Assembly (NCBI GenBank): GCA_013265495.1
Contig: MU058423.1
Coordinates: forward strand, 6,176,939-6,240,938
Source of the DNA: Vicugna vicugna
Lineage: Eukaryota
Direction: 5' to 3'
DNA length: 64,000 nucleotides
Part shown: one piece after another, positions 40,390 to 53,154 of the stretch
Layout of the letters: every line of letters starts with the position of its first letter
Position numbering within the stretch: the first letter of the stretch is position 1
Notes under the pieces: generated by a model
Told to the model about the DNA's origin: nothing
Databases searched by the model: none
The model's input: only the letters and a program-made list of their open reading frames with translations
Program-made: the position numbers and the translations under genes

Positions 40390-42855
40390 GTCAGCCCTTT
40401 TGCTTAAATTCAAGATTATTTTAATTGCTTCATAATTTTGAGATTACTTTATTCATTGTAAAATTGAATAATATTCTGTTCTGTGAACATAACTCATTTT
40501 TGCTCATCCATTCATTGAATGACTGGTAGACATTTGGATTGTTTCCAGTCTTTGGCTATTGTGAATAATACTTCTAAGGTCATTTGTGTATGAGTTTTTC
40601 AAGGACGTATGTTTTCATTTCTTACCAGTATATACCTAGAAATGGACTTGCTGAACTCTGTGTCTAGCTTTTAAAGTGACTGCCCAACTGTTTTCCAAAT
40701 AGACTGAATCATTTTACATTCATTTAATGTATGAAGATTTTGGTTCTCTACATGCTCACCAGCACTTGTTATTGTTCATCTTTTTCTTCTTTTTTTTAAA
40801 TTTGCCATCCCGGTCAGTGTTAATGGTATCTCGTTGATTTTGTTTGAATTTTCCTTTTAAATCTCACAGGCTTACTAGACATTTGTATATTTTCTTTGGA
40901 GAAATGTCTATTCAAATAATTTGCCCATTTTGAACTTGTGCTTTTTTATTGTTGAGTTGTGATACTTTTTTTTATATATATTCTGTATACTACTTCCTTA
41001 ACCATATTTGATTTTTAAGTATTTCTGCCATTTTGTGGGTTTTCCGCCCACTATCTTAGTACTGTCATTTTCAGCAAAAGTATTTTAATTTTGATGATAT
41101 CTAACTATCTATTTATTGTTCCATGTTGCTTGTTTTGTTGTCATATCTGAGAAATTATTGCCTAACCCCAGATTGGGAAGATTTATATATATGTTTTCTT
41201 TCAATATTTGTATAGTTTTAGTTCTTACATTTATGTCTATGATCCATTTTGAGGTTTTTTTCCTTTTTTTGTTAAGATAAGAATTAAACTTTCATTCTTT
41301 TTGCATCCAGATGTTCCAGCACATTTTGTTAAAAAGACTACTCTTTCTCTCAATTGTCTTGGCACCTATGTCAATTTTTAAAAATTTTAACATAGATATC
41401 AGGGTTTATTTCTGGACTCTAAATTTTATTCCATGAATCTGTATGTCAATACTTAGCCAGTGCCACACTGTCTTGGTTAGTTTAGCTTTGTAGTAAAATT
41501 TGAAATTGAAATGTGTGAGTCATGTATTATTTGATATTTTTCAAGATTGTTTGGGCTATGATAGGTCACTTGAATTCTCATATGAATTTTAGGATCAGCA
41601 AAACATCAGCTGGGATTTTGATAGTGATTGTGTTGACTCTATGCACACATTTGAGGAGTAATGATATCTTAAGTCTTACAACCCATGAACATGAGACAGA
41701 TTTATTTATCTAGATTTTCTTGAATCTGTCTCAGTGATATATTGTAGGTTTCAGTGCACTTGGTTTGTAAATGTAAATCTTGCACTTGCTTTGTTAAATG
41801 TACTTGTAAGTCTTCTATTGTTTTAGATTACTAGTTTTTTTCAAACTTACTTTCAGATTGTTCATTATTAGTGTATAAAAATAAAATTGATGTTTATATG
41901 TTGATCTTGTATCCTATAACCTTGCTGAACTACTCTATGAAATCTAATAGTGTATGTGTGTGCGTGTGTGCCTGCTTATGTACCTTTAGGCTCTACCATG
42001 TAAAGAATTACATCATCTTCAAATCTACCTTTTTTAATTTGAATGTCTTTATTTCTTTTCCTCTTCTAATTGCTCTGGCTAAAACCTTCACTTCAGTTTT
42101 AAGCACAATGCTGAGAGTGGACCCTCTTATCTTGCTCCTGATGTGGAGTAAAGTTTTTCATCCTTCATCATTAAGTATGATACTAGTTGTAGGATTTTCA
42201 TAGATGCCCTTTATCAGAGTGAGGAAGTTCTTTTCTTGTTTTTTTCATAAAAGGGTGTAGAATTTTTGTAAAAAAAAATCACCATTTATTATGAAGATTA
42301 TTTCATTTTTTGTATTTTATCCTATTAAGACAGTGTTTTATTAATTTATTTTCATTATGTTGAACTAATGTGGCCAATATTCTCAATTCACTTTGCTAAT
42401 GTTTTGCTGTGAGTTTTCTTCTATATTCACAAAGTACATTGCTCAGTAGTTTATTTTCTTGTGGTAGCATTGTCTGGTTTTGGTGTTAATACTAGCTTCA
42501 CAGAATGGATTAGACTGATTTCCTTCCTCTTCTGTTCTTAAGGAGTGTTTTGTGAAGACTCATCGCTAATTCCTTTATAAATGGTAAAATTCTCCTGTGA
42601 AGTGATTTCACTATGAGCTTTCATTTGTGAGAAATTTTTTAATCATTAATTCAATCTATATTCCTTCTATAGGTCTATTTATATTTTCTGTCTTTTCTTA
42701 AGCCAGTTTCATTACTTTATTTCTACAAAGCTGTTTAGTTCATCTAGATTATCTAATTTGTTGGTATATAATTGTTTATAGTGTTTCCTTGTAATCTTTA
42801 ATATTTCTGTAAGTTTGGTAGTGATATTTCTTCTTTCATTCCTGAATTTAATAAC
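40390..42855 (-). mobile_element. old LINE-1 (L1MB-like) ORF2 3' half
   Basis: gacatttggattgtttccagtctttggctattgtgaataat; ctttggagaaatgtctattcaaat; continuous antisense ORF2 text to about 42855. Confidence 0.85.
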
Positions 42856-43814
42856 AGATATTTAAAACAGTAACTATTGGTTTCACATTTTCACTTGAGG
42901 ATATGAAGAGCTGGAAAGAATGCTATTCCAGTTATTCAGTGGGGAAAAGCTGCAAATTCATGTTTTCTTGATTACTTTGGCAACCTGAGCTCGTATTAGA
43001 AAAGTTTTTCAATTCAAACATTTCTTTTGCTCATTTACCTTTCTGCATTCCACTTTTTCCTTCAGTTTCCATGCAGTATTTCCTTACTCTCTTGACAGTT
43101 CTTCACTGCAATTAAATTTTCAAATTTTATTGTGAATTTTTATTTGATTTCAGTAGAAATAGACCCAAATAGTATAACCTATCATCATCAAAATCATAAA
43201 TTCATCCTGAAACTAGGATACCAACCTCAATCAACTTGGCTAACCTAATCTATGTTTTATATGGAGATAACGTTTAAATCTAGAACCCCAAAACATAGAC
43301 AATAATATTAGGTTTAGAATGTTTGAGAATTTAGGTATTTAACTGGTAAATCTGTGCATTAAAAAAATTCTCTATGTCCCCTCATAGGTATAAACATTTT
43401 AAAAAGATTCCTATTCTTCAGCATTCATCAGTAATATCCAAGGGCCAATTGTTTTTTCTTGAAAGAGACAAAAAATAGAAATAATTTTTAAACATACATT
43501 GAACAGTAAGTGAGTTAATACAATAAATATAACGTTTAATAGAATAAATAGCCAAATAAATAAATAAAAGGCATTTTGAAAGGTGAAAGCATGACAAAAG
43601 ATCTGCAATTTAACATTTCTTTAAGCTTAAGCTATTCTGATACGTTTTTTCAAGTTGGCAAACCCTGGCAAAAATTTCTCAAGTCTAAAAGACTATTTTT
43701 AGACATACAAATATGTAAGTGAAATGAATTACTTATTCACACTTTCTTGATTACACAATGATATATTATCAAGGATTCTAATATTATTTTCAAATACTCA
43801 AAAGCCGGACGAAA

Positions 43815-44219
43815 TAGGGGAAGCTGACGTTGCCCTGCCTATATCCCCGTCAGCCAGCCTTTGCACTTATGCTCAGTTTTCATTTGTGTTGGTCTTTAAT
43901 GACCCACAGCTGTTTCTTACTCTGAAGACGTACCCTTAGCTGAATGGTAACTTCCTCACCAAGGAGGTAAAATGTACCCCTCAGAGGAGGCCTACAACCA
44001 ATGACCAACCGACACAGGTGTGAAAAGGACAGTTTTACCAAGGATGCAGTTTTTCCTCCAGAGTTCGCAGTGGAATTCTGATGAAGCTGGACTTGCTCCA
44101 ACTGAAATTATGAATTTATTTAATTTCTGTCCTAATTCCCTCACTCCCTTTTTTGGGGGGTTATACTCTCAATAAATTATGTGCGCTTGAATCCCTGTCT
44201 CAGGCCCTGACCTAAGATA
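43815..44219 (+). repeat. LTR16-like solo LTR (ERVL)
   Basis: cctacaaccaatgaccaaccgacacagg; ctcaataaattatgtgcgcttgaatccctgtctcaggccctgacctaagata. Confidence 0.7.
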
Positions 44220-44704
44220 GTAACTCAGCCTATCTCTTTCATTTCCAAATACCTAGAAGAGAAAAGCTGATTTAACCCAATTTAAACAGTTTTCCTGCTT
44301 GTTCCAAAGAGCCTTGGCCAGAAATATTAATCACAGTATAATAAATTAAGGCTAGAAGCAAAGAGGGCAGAGACATTTGCAAATTCTGCAATCAATTTAT
44401 AACTCTCTCCATTAGGTAAGTAAACTTAATTCAAGTGAAAGTTATGCTTTCTCTTCATTGAACAATTATTAATTCTGTTGCTAACCCACTTCATTGTTAT
44501 GACTAATCAAATACATGGTCTCTGGATATAGAAACTCAATTATGAGAACTTTTTGAAAGAAAGCATTTCTTACATTAAGTTTTATTTTCAAACACAGAAT
44601 TTGAACTAATAGCAAAGTAAACATATTGCTTTTCTTCAGTGTAACAAAAATGAATACTAGGCTAAGACCTCTAAGTTCTATTTCTATTCCTAATTGGTTT
44701 GCTT

Positions 44705-45030
44705 TAATTTCAGCAAATATTTATTCAGTGTCTATTGTATGTTGTTGTGGTCTTTTGACTTCAAGATTAACTATGATAAGGAAAATGGACTACTAAACCA
44801 AGATCAATATAAATTCTGTGATAGAGATTTTTTAAAATTCGGGAGGAATTGAATCAAAGGGAAAAATTAATATAGATTGAAGGCCAATGGAACCTTCAGA
44901 TGGGGCTGATATCTGAGGTGAATATTGACAAATGTGTTGAATCTCAATGGAAGGAGAGGAGGGAAAATTAATATAAGATTAAATAACAGTGATGCAGATG
45001 CATCCAGACATCAAAGGATGTGGAATATTC
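44705..45030 (-). mobile_element. L2 relic
   Basis: ttcagcaaatatttattcagtgtctattgtatg (antisense L2 terminus). Confidence 0.6.
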
Positions 45031-46529
45031 AGGTACATTTTCAAAAAGTAAATATAAAGAAAAATATTTGTGAACTTGTGTGTATAATTACTTGCATGGA
45101 GGTTAAATACATGAAACAGTATACTTTTGCTACATTTTAATATTTTTATTCAAACCCAAATAAATAGCATGATTCTCACTGTCATTAAGAAAAATGGTGT
45201 AAGTAACAGAAGGGAGCATCATCTGAGTCTCATGTTCATTTCATCACTATTTCAAACACTTTACGAGCTAGTCTATATCTAGAAAAATTGGCCTTCTTAA
45301 ACATATTTTCTGAAAGAGACAACAAAATGAATATACAATTAATCAATTAGTACAAAGCTTCTTAGATTATCCTTGGTTTCAGGTATGGGCATGGACTACA
45401 AAAGCTTTTTCAGAAACAGTATGCTGGCCATGCAACATTAAAACACACATTACGTGATTGTTTCTCATTGAAAATGACTTAATAATATATTTAAAACATG
45501 CCTTTACATGAAAAGAAAACATTTTTAATAAACACTCTATTATAAAAGCAAACCTATAGTCAAAATCATTTTGTTGGACTGCTCTATAAATTTCTAATGC
45601 TTTTTTAGTAAAGTCTTTATATAGTTAAACAGAATGTTCCATCTTTCAATAGGATGTTTTCGGAAAAGTTTAAGCTAATAGTAAATCAAGCATTATAATA
45701 CGGTTAATGAAAATACCCCAATCCAAAGTACAGTAGAGATTTACCCATATGTTTAAAGGATAATAGAAAGATGCCACCTTATTAATTCAAAATTTGCTGC
45801 AATACATTATGAGCTCAAGTGTTAACCACTTTGGCCAGAATTATACATTTTAACAATGAGGACAAAAATCATATCACATTAGAATGTTTGATCTTATATT
45901 AACTTTTTGATGTATTGAACATATTATCGACTGCTAATCCACTTTCCTGAAACTTATGTTTCATTCTGTATAAAATATTAAATTGCATATGTTAGCCAGG
46001 AAACAATGTTGGTATTATGTGATTATTTACTCAAGTTGCATGATAATACATATGCTATTTTATGATTACTAGTTAGAGAAGGTAAATTGTTGTATGAAGT
46101 CTACCTTAGCATTTCCTAAGTGGTTAAAAATTTTAAATTTCTAGAAAGCTATAGTTTCTGAAGTAAAACTAACAATATATACGGGAGCAAAGTTATTTAA
46201 CACAAAGTGCAGCTAATTTAATTTGTTATTACATGCTTAATTTAGACTTATTTGTAGACATAATTTCATAGGTCTTTTATTTTTATTGTAAAAATGTGTA
46301 CATTAAATAGTAAATTTACATTTTTCAATACAATCTTCATTTTTCCATTTTATTTTTTTTTGTATTTTAATGTTTCTGAAATTGAGATATGGTGTAAAAC
46401 AAAAGAAAATATTAAAAATCAAAACCTTGCCAGTAACTGGGCAAAATTTCCCATAGCTTGTGCTAAGTGCTCCATAAGCAAATTGTACAATCATTTATTA
46501 TTCTAACACATTGCATGAATTATTATAAC

Positions 46530-46640
46530 TTCAGCACAATGTCAGCACCTCAAGGGTAGGATCCATGTACCATTTACCTGTAACACAAACACACAGCAAA
46601 ATGCTGGTTCATAGAAGGGACATAAAATGTATGTAAAATT
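46530..46640 (+). mobile_element. L2 3' terminal fragment
   Basis: aatgtcagcacctcaagggtaggatccatgt...agcaaaatgctggttcatagaagggacataaaatgtatgt. Confidence 0.6.
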
Positions 46641-47129
46641 TTATTTTAAAGTTTGATCTAAGTTACCATACTGTTTTACAATAAATGTGTGAGGTTTAAA
46701 CTCTGGACATGACTGAAGGTAAAATATATCTTCACCCCAAATATGAGGCAACTTTCCTTGAAACTTTAGCAAATCATAACTATTCTCCTTAACACTCTTT
46801 GTGTTATTAGCAAATCGTCTTATATAAAACATACATAAGTGGATATAGGCAAACAATATCTACACACAGACTAACACAAGTATATGCATGTACACACATA
46901 TGTAAGTCTATGTCTTACATGAAACAGTCCAATTTGCTTACCACTAGACAGATATTACAAAGTTTCCTGACTGAATATATAAGGTGTCTTTTAGCAAATT
47001 TATGAAAGAACTATAATGAGAGAAGCTGTGAGAATAGCCATAACATTAAAAGTTTTAGAAGTTTATTCTAACAAGCAATTTCATGAAAAACAAGTAGATC
47101 AGCCATCTCTACTCTAAGTTAGTGAGACA

Positions 47130-47270
47130 GCAGCAGTATAGTTTAGTGGGACAAAATTTGATGAGAAATAAAAAGACGCAGGAAGTTGTCTTGGCTTGCT
47201 TTGTCAGAGTGTGACCTTACTCAGTTGGCATTTTCAGAAATGATCCAACCTAGTTTCACTGTAATAATAT
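47130..47270 (+). mobile_element. MIR-like fragment
   Basis: gcagtatagtttagtggga... gtgtgaccttactcagtt. Confidence 0.45.
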
Positions 47271-47329
47271 TTACATTTGTTTTCCACTTACATGTTTTGT
47301 TTTAAAATTTAAATACATATTAACTTTAA

Positions 47330-47455
47330 CTATATATTGATATGTCATAATAAATAATATATTATATACCACAATATATTATATACATTAATACATAATA
47401 TATAACTATATTATATATAACATCAGTTACACTATGCATTATATAATTATATAAA
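47330..47455. repeat. AT-rich low-complexity tract
   Basis: degenerate (TA/TAA)n. Confidence 0.8.
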
Positions 47456-49355
47456 AAAACCAACATAAACATCTTAAGAACAAACACAATTAGGTAAGCA
47501 TAAAATAAAATGGCAGAAATAAAATATATATGAGTTTAGTAGCAAAAAGTATGGTCGAATAATCACAAGCATTTATCTTTCAGTGAGTGTTCTGTTTCTT
47601 AGTGTGCTTTGCAAAACAAATATGATCAGGAAAGACAGTTACCAGACGTTATTTAAGAAAGCTTCTATGAAAAGCATATACTCATTTATATTAAACAGAT
47701 AAGTCTTGGTCAACACCAATTTACCCTTGTAAATCTCTATATTGTTATGTCAGTAAAATGTAAAGTGAACCCTTTGACATCCACTTTATTGCCACATCAT
47801 GGCCAACTGTCATGCTCTGAACAATACCAAACTAAAAGTGACTATTCAGTAATATTCTATTACTTTTTGAGTTTGTGAACAATATTAGTTCATAGAGGAA
47901 AATAACTTTATGACAAGTTGCTGACATTTGGTTTCACAGAAACTGTTCCTTTTACAGGCAGTACTTGTCCCGGGTACAACACGCATTTGTATTTGGGTAT
48001 CGCAATCATTCCAGCAGAGTCAATGGTAACCTCCACCTATTCCATTTGTTCAGAGCGTGAATAAATAAAGCTTTCCTTATTTGTGGTCATAAATACTTCG
48101 ACAAGCAGAATTTTTTTTTTAATATACTGTGAGATGTGCTCTATTGAACTTGTTTACAATGAGTGAGAGTTAACTTCTGTTGATTTTTCAAGTCATTTAT
48201 AACACTTTAATGTATTTGTTGTCATTAATAAGTGAACATTCTAACTTTCTAACATAGTAAATTAATTTTTAAGAAGTATAATAATTCCAGTCACCCCAGT
48301 GCTTATCAATATCAACTTGAGTTAAGAAGTAATTAACTCAAAATAATATTTGTATTATTACTTTATAATAAGTATTTAATTTAGTAAAAGTTCTGAAAAT
48401 TTCTGATTTCATCTTCTTTTACATGTACATGAGTGACGGTCAATCTCCAGATGAAAGCACAAGGATATTCTCAAATGATTTTAGAAAGTTGCATAACATG
48501 AAACACTTCTAGGAATTAGTAGAAGGTATTGGTTTTTGCCTATAGTAGCATCTACCTACATACCACATTTGCTACTTTCTAAATTTTTAAGAAATAATCT
48601 TCTATTAAAAAAGGAACATAATCATTAAAAATAATAATCTGCTCTTGGATAAGTTGATTTAAAAAGGAGTATAATAAGAATACTTAAATTACCTGCTTCC
48701 AGTTTATAAGAGAGAATTCATATTTAGATCACCATGCTGTATTTTAAGAAACCAAAGTAAACTAGAGACAAAGTAGAGAATACAGCAAGAAGGAGACATC
48801 TATGGGAAACAAAAGAAGAGAAAGGCTTTTAGTTGTGGAACAAAATTATAAAAATAATTTAGGAAAGAAGACAATCAACATAAATTGGAAAGGTGGTGTA
48901 AAAGTTTGCATATTACTGAAAAAAGGACAACAAAGTATTAGAATAAAGAATAATAGAATTATTGAGTTGGCTAACGTAAAATATGATATATAAGCAGAAG
49001 AATAATTTCAAAATATTATGACTGTAATAGATATAGTTTTAGTTCCACATGACACTACTATTTCAAATAGTTTTTAAAATGGCTTTCTTTAGTAGTTCAA
49101 TAATTAAAATAATGTGACCCATCTGCTATAGTCTCATTTATGTTCTAATGTTAGTGGTGTCTAGAAGAGATGGTACCGTGAGAAGGAATATGTGAAAGCA
49201 TTTTAAATAAAAAGGTAATATTATTGCATGCTATAATCAACATGCCTCAAAATGTATCAGATAAAATGTTCTTTCCGTGGAAATCAGTGAAATGAAAGTA
49301 AGTATCTAGGAAACTATTAGAACAGATACTTGTTTCTTAGTCCTATGACCTAATG

Positions 49356-49499
49356 CAGTCATCCATGAGGGATTGGTTCCAAGGACCCCAGCGGATTCCA
49401 AATTCCATGGATGCTCAAATCCCTTATCTAAAATGGCTAGTACAGTGGGCCCTCTGTATCTGTGGGTTATACCTTCACAGATACAGAGGGCTCACTGTA
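49356..49499. mobile_element. Tigger/MER2-family (TcMar) miniature element with terminal hairpin
   Basis: cagtcatccatgagggattggttccaaggaccccagcggattccaaattccatggatgctcaaatcccttatctaaaatgg matches the MER2/Tigger2 left end; ends agagggctcactg+ta. Confidence 0.85.
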
Positions 49500-52400
49500 T
49501 GCTCATCAAAATGAAAATTACCATTTCCTTATGGCAGCCTTTTATTTCATTTTTATTTGCTTTATTCTTTCTCTGTAGGACCATAATTTGTTTTAATCAT
49601 TCTGAAAAGATTTCTCTCTACAACCAGCAACACCCTGGCTGCTAAATCTACAAAAAAATCATTAATCCTTTTAGTTATTTTTAAAGCAAGTTCCAGGGAA
49701 ATTGGAAATCTATGTCAAAAGTCACTTCACATTAAAAGTATTCCAAAGAGTTAAAAATAGGACAAATGAGGGTTAGTGGATCTTGTTAGTATATTTATGA
49801 ATGCAAAATCATTACCATTACAATAATTGTGCTCCTATTGTCAACATCTTTTTCAGTATCAATGAACAAGACTAGGACTTATTACTGATGTAAATGATAA
49901 AGAATGTTGAAATATGTTATCTGTAAAATGATTGCCCAGAGTATTTTAGGTACTAGGGTGATATCAAACTTTTGTTTTATTTTGAAAAGTATTAGTGTCT
50001 AAGGAAAAGAGGTTTCTTCCTTTTTCTTGAGATTGTGACATCCCTTAGTCGTGTAAGCATAGGTGAGATACAGAAAAGCAGCAAGAAGAGCAGAAAGTTA
50101 GAATAACATCCATAAATCAAATCCATTTGATTAATTGACAAATACAAATAACGCATACACAGTGAAATACTTAGTATCATATTTGCATGAGGAGATAAAA
50201 AAGTAAAATATCTGTAATTTATGAATTCAGTGTATCAGCTCCACAAGTTGCAATCCTTTGAGTTAAACATAATACAATTTCAAATCCTAACTGAAAATCC
50301 TAAGTAATGAAATAAAAGCAAGTTTCATCATTTCCAGCTTATTTTAAAAATGACTGTTGAAATAATTTTAATCTTCTATATTATTTAATTAGTATTTTTA
50401 AAAAACAAGATGAATACAACTAAAGTAAATGTAATTAGAACCATGGCGTTGCCTGCATTTCTTCTTTGAAGAAGTCTTCAGTGATAATAAGCCAAAGTGT
50501 CATTCTTAAGCAATCCTCCCATTTGAGAACCATCAATTATTGGTCTGATTATATCAGTTTTCACTGAATTCTGTGCAAAGACTTCCATGGTTTTAGGATG
50601 GAACACAGAGGCAATTCTCAGTCCAAGTGTATTACTGTTTGATATAACTTTTTTTTAGATCAGAGCATGTAGTGAGAATAACATTCACCCAAAGGTGCTT
50701 GTCCTCTGGAGCACCAGGAAGCTTCAATATTGGCATAAATAGCACAATACTGATTATATTTATTAATATAATAACCTAGCTAAGATTACCCTAAAATAGA
50801 AAGAGAATTTTTTGTTATCGATGACTGAGAGGAAAAGAAATTAAGTAGATAAGAGAAGTCGAAGGCTTGTAACTAAAAACAAATGCAGAAAAATCCACCC
50901 CCGACCCCAGTTGCTATAATCATAGCCCTGAAGCAAGATCTAAGATGAAAAGCTTCCAAAAACTATAGGTCTCTAACCAACCCTATATAACCTTTACTTC
51001 TCAGCTTAGAAGAAAAGGATACCAGCAAATGATAACAAAAAAGACTCAGAGATGGAGGAAAAAAAACACAGAACCCTAGCAAGCCAACATCAGAGTTAGG
51101 GATGTTTTGAGTCTCTTTGCTAGGATGGAATAAATGGCTGCAGGTATTTGAAGAGTGGACTGCAAATGTAATATCATCCCCTTAATGTTGTCTTCCCCAC
51201 TTCAGTTTCTGATTTCAGCTTGAAAAATGTCCCAAATACCTGTGCAATTTAATTTTCTGCTCTTGACCTCATCTTGACCCTTTTGCTTATTTGTTGGTTG
51301 GTTTTAATGAGAAGCTCCTGCTTATCCCTAATGGTAAAATTTAACCTTCCTGGGGTTGCTATGTTCAGATGCCCCTCCTCTTCGAGTTAACCTCAGCTCT
51401 GCACTTGTAACTGAATTTGACTGCGTTTAGCATCACTCTTGTCTACCCAAGACAGCTCCTAAATTCTGCTCTTAGATTTCAGTCTTTTGTCATATAGCTT
51501 CTCAGAATAAACAGGGAAGAACTTCTTGCCAGTGTTTAACCAACTTCTGAATGTATAGACAATTCTCTTCTGGCTTTCCACAGCTTTCTTGCCTCTCTTT
51601 TTGTGCCTACTAAAGGAGTTTTCCTGACTTATCCCAAATCCAGAAAACTTCTATTGAAGGAGGCAGAAGGGAAATTACTAAAAAGATTAGTACACTTCGG
51701 TCTTTCATTCAGAATTTACCGAACTATTATTGGAAGAAATTCTGAAGTTTCAATTTAAGATTAGCTCATAATTCTGGGTTTTCTACCAATTGTACTTCAT
51801 GGCCAGGAACTGGGGGGAAAATGCCATAAAAATTAGTGCTGCTCCGTATGTCAAAAGTCTAACAAAATCTGCCATGTAACAAACTAAATTAAATGCAAAA
51901 TATGGAATGTCATGACTGTAAGAAAATATCGTACTTCCAGAGTAGATCTTTCAGAAAAAAAAGGCTTCATTTCTACATGCATCACTGCAACCTGCCTCTG
52001 TGTGGGGGTACTCCCTTCTGTTAATGAAATGATAGCTGCTTCAATATTCATAAACTGGTACATTTAAGAAACTATTTTCCCACCAAATCTATTATATAGC
52101 CTCCTGCATTTAAATAAACATCTGTCAATCAGGCCTCCTTTGGCACCTCAGTTTTGAAATGCCTGTCCTCATCTTCACTGTTAAACTCAGCAGAAACAGT
52201 ATATGTCAGTATTTAGGCATATATCGCCATGCTCCAATATTAAATCATTACAAAACTGCATTTGTGGATAGCATATATCAACTCCTAACTTCCATCATTG
52301 CCCATACAGGATTATGGTAACATTACACATTCAACGTTTATTGAAAATTTATTTAAGAAGTGTAATGTACATACAATTTCAATGTGTGTTTTTGTAAAGA

Positions 52401-52638
52401 AAGTAGCCAATATGATTCATTTTTATGTTTTTTTTTCCAGAATACAAAGTAGATAATCACATTCCTCTCGGAATTCAGAACTGGGAAGAAAAACAAGCTC
52501 ACCATTACAAAGGTATGTTTTTTTGTTAGATAATTAAAACTGTATAATACATTGTGTTTTTCTTGATTGGCTTCAAAAAACTCACAATTAAATTCTCTTA
52601 TGTTTTTCTTAGCATAGATGTTCAAGTAAATCTACTTT

Positions 52639-53123
52639 TTAAAAAATTGAAGTATATCTCATTTGCAATGTTGTATTAGTTTCTGGTATACAGCAAAGTG
52701 ACTGATTTATAGATCTACATACACATTATATTCTTTTTCATATCATTTTTCATTATAATTTATTACAAGATATCCAATATAGTTCCCTGTGCTATACAGA
52801 AGAAACTTGTTAACTATTTTATATATAGTAGTGTGTATTTGTAAATCTCGATTTCCTAATGTATATTTCCACTTCCCTTCCCCCTTTGGTAACCATAAGT
52901 TTGTTTTCTATGTCTGTGAGTCTGTTTCTGTTTTGTAAATAAGTTCATTTATATCATTTTTTAGATTCCACATATAAGTGATATGATACTTATCTTTGAC
53001 TTACTTCACTTAGTATGATACATCTAGCTCCATCCATTTGGCTGCAAATGGCATTATTTCATTCTTTTTATGGCTTAGTAATATTCCATTGTGTATATGT
53101 ATGTGTGTGTGTATATATATAAT

Positions 53124-53154
<31 letters not shown>

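Noticed and set aside
47880..48040. Minus-strand 42-codon frame VEVTIDSAGMIAIPKYKCVLYPGQVLPVKG... as a coding exon
   Set aside because: Upstream AG lacks a polypyrimidine tract and the peptide is not recognisable; the region is kept only as a candidate constrained element
50820..51700. Possible ancient L1 5' or LTR relic
   Set aside because: Repeat-like composition but too degraded to assign without a profile search
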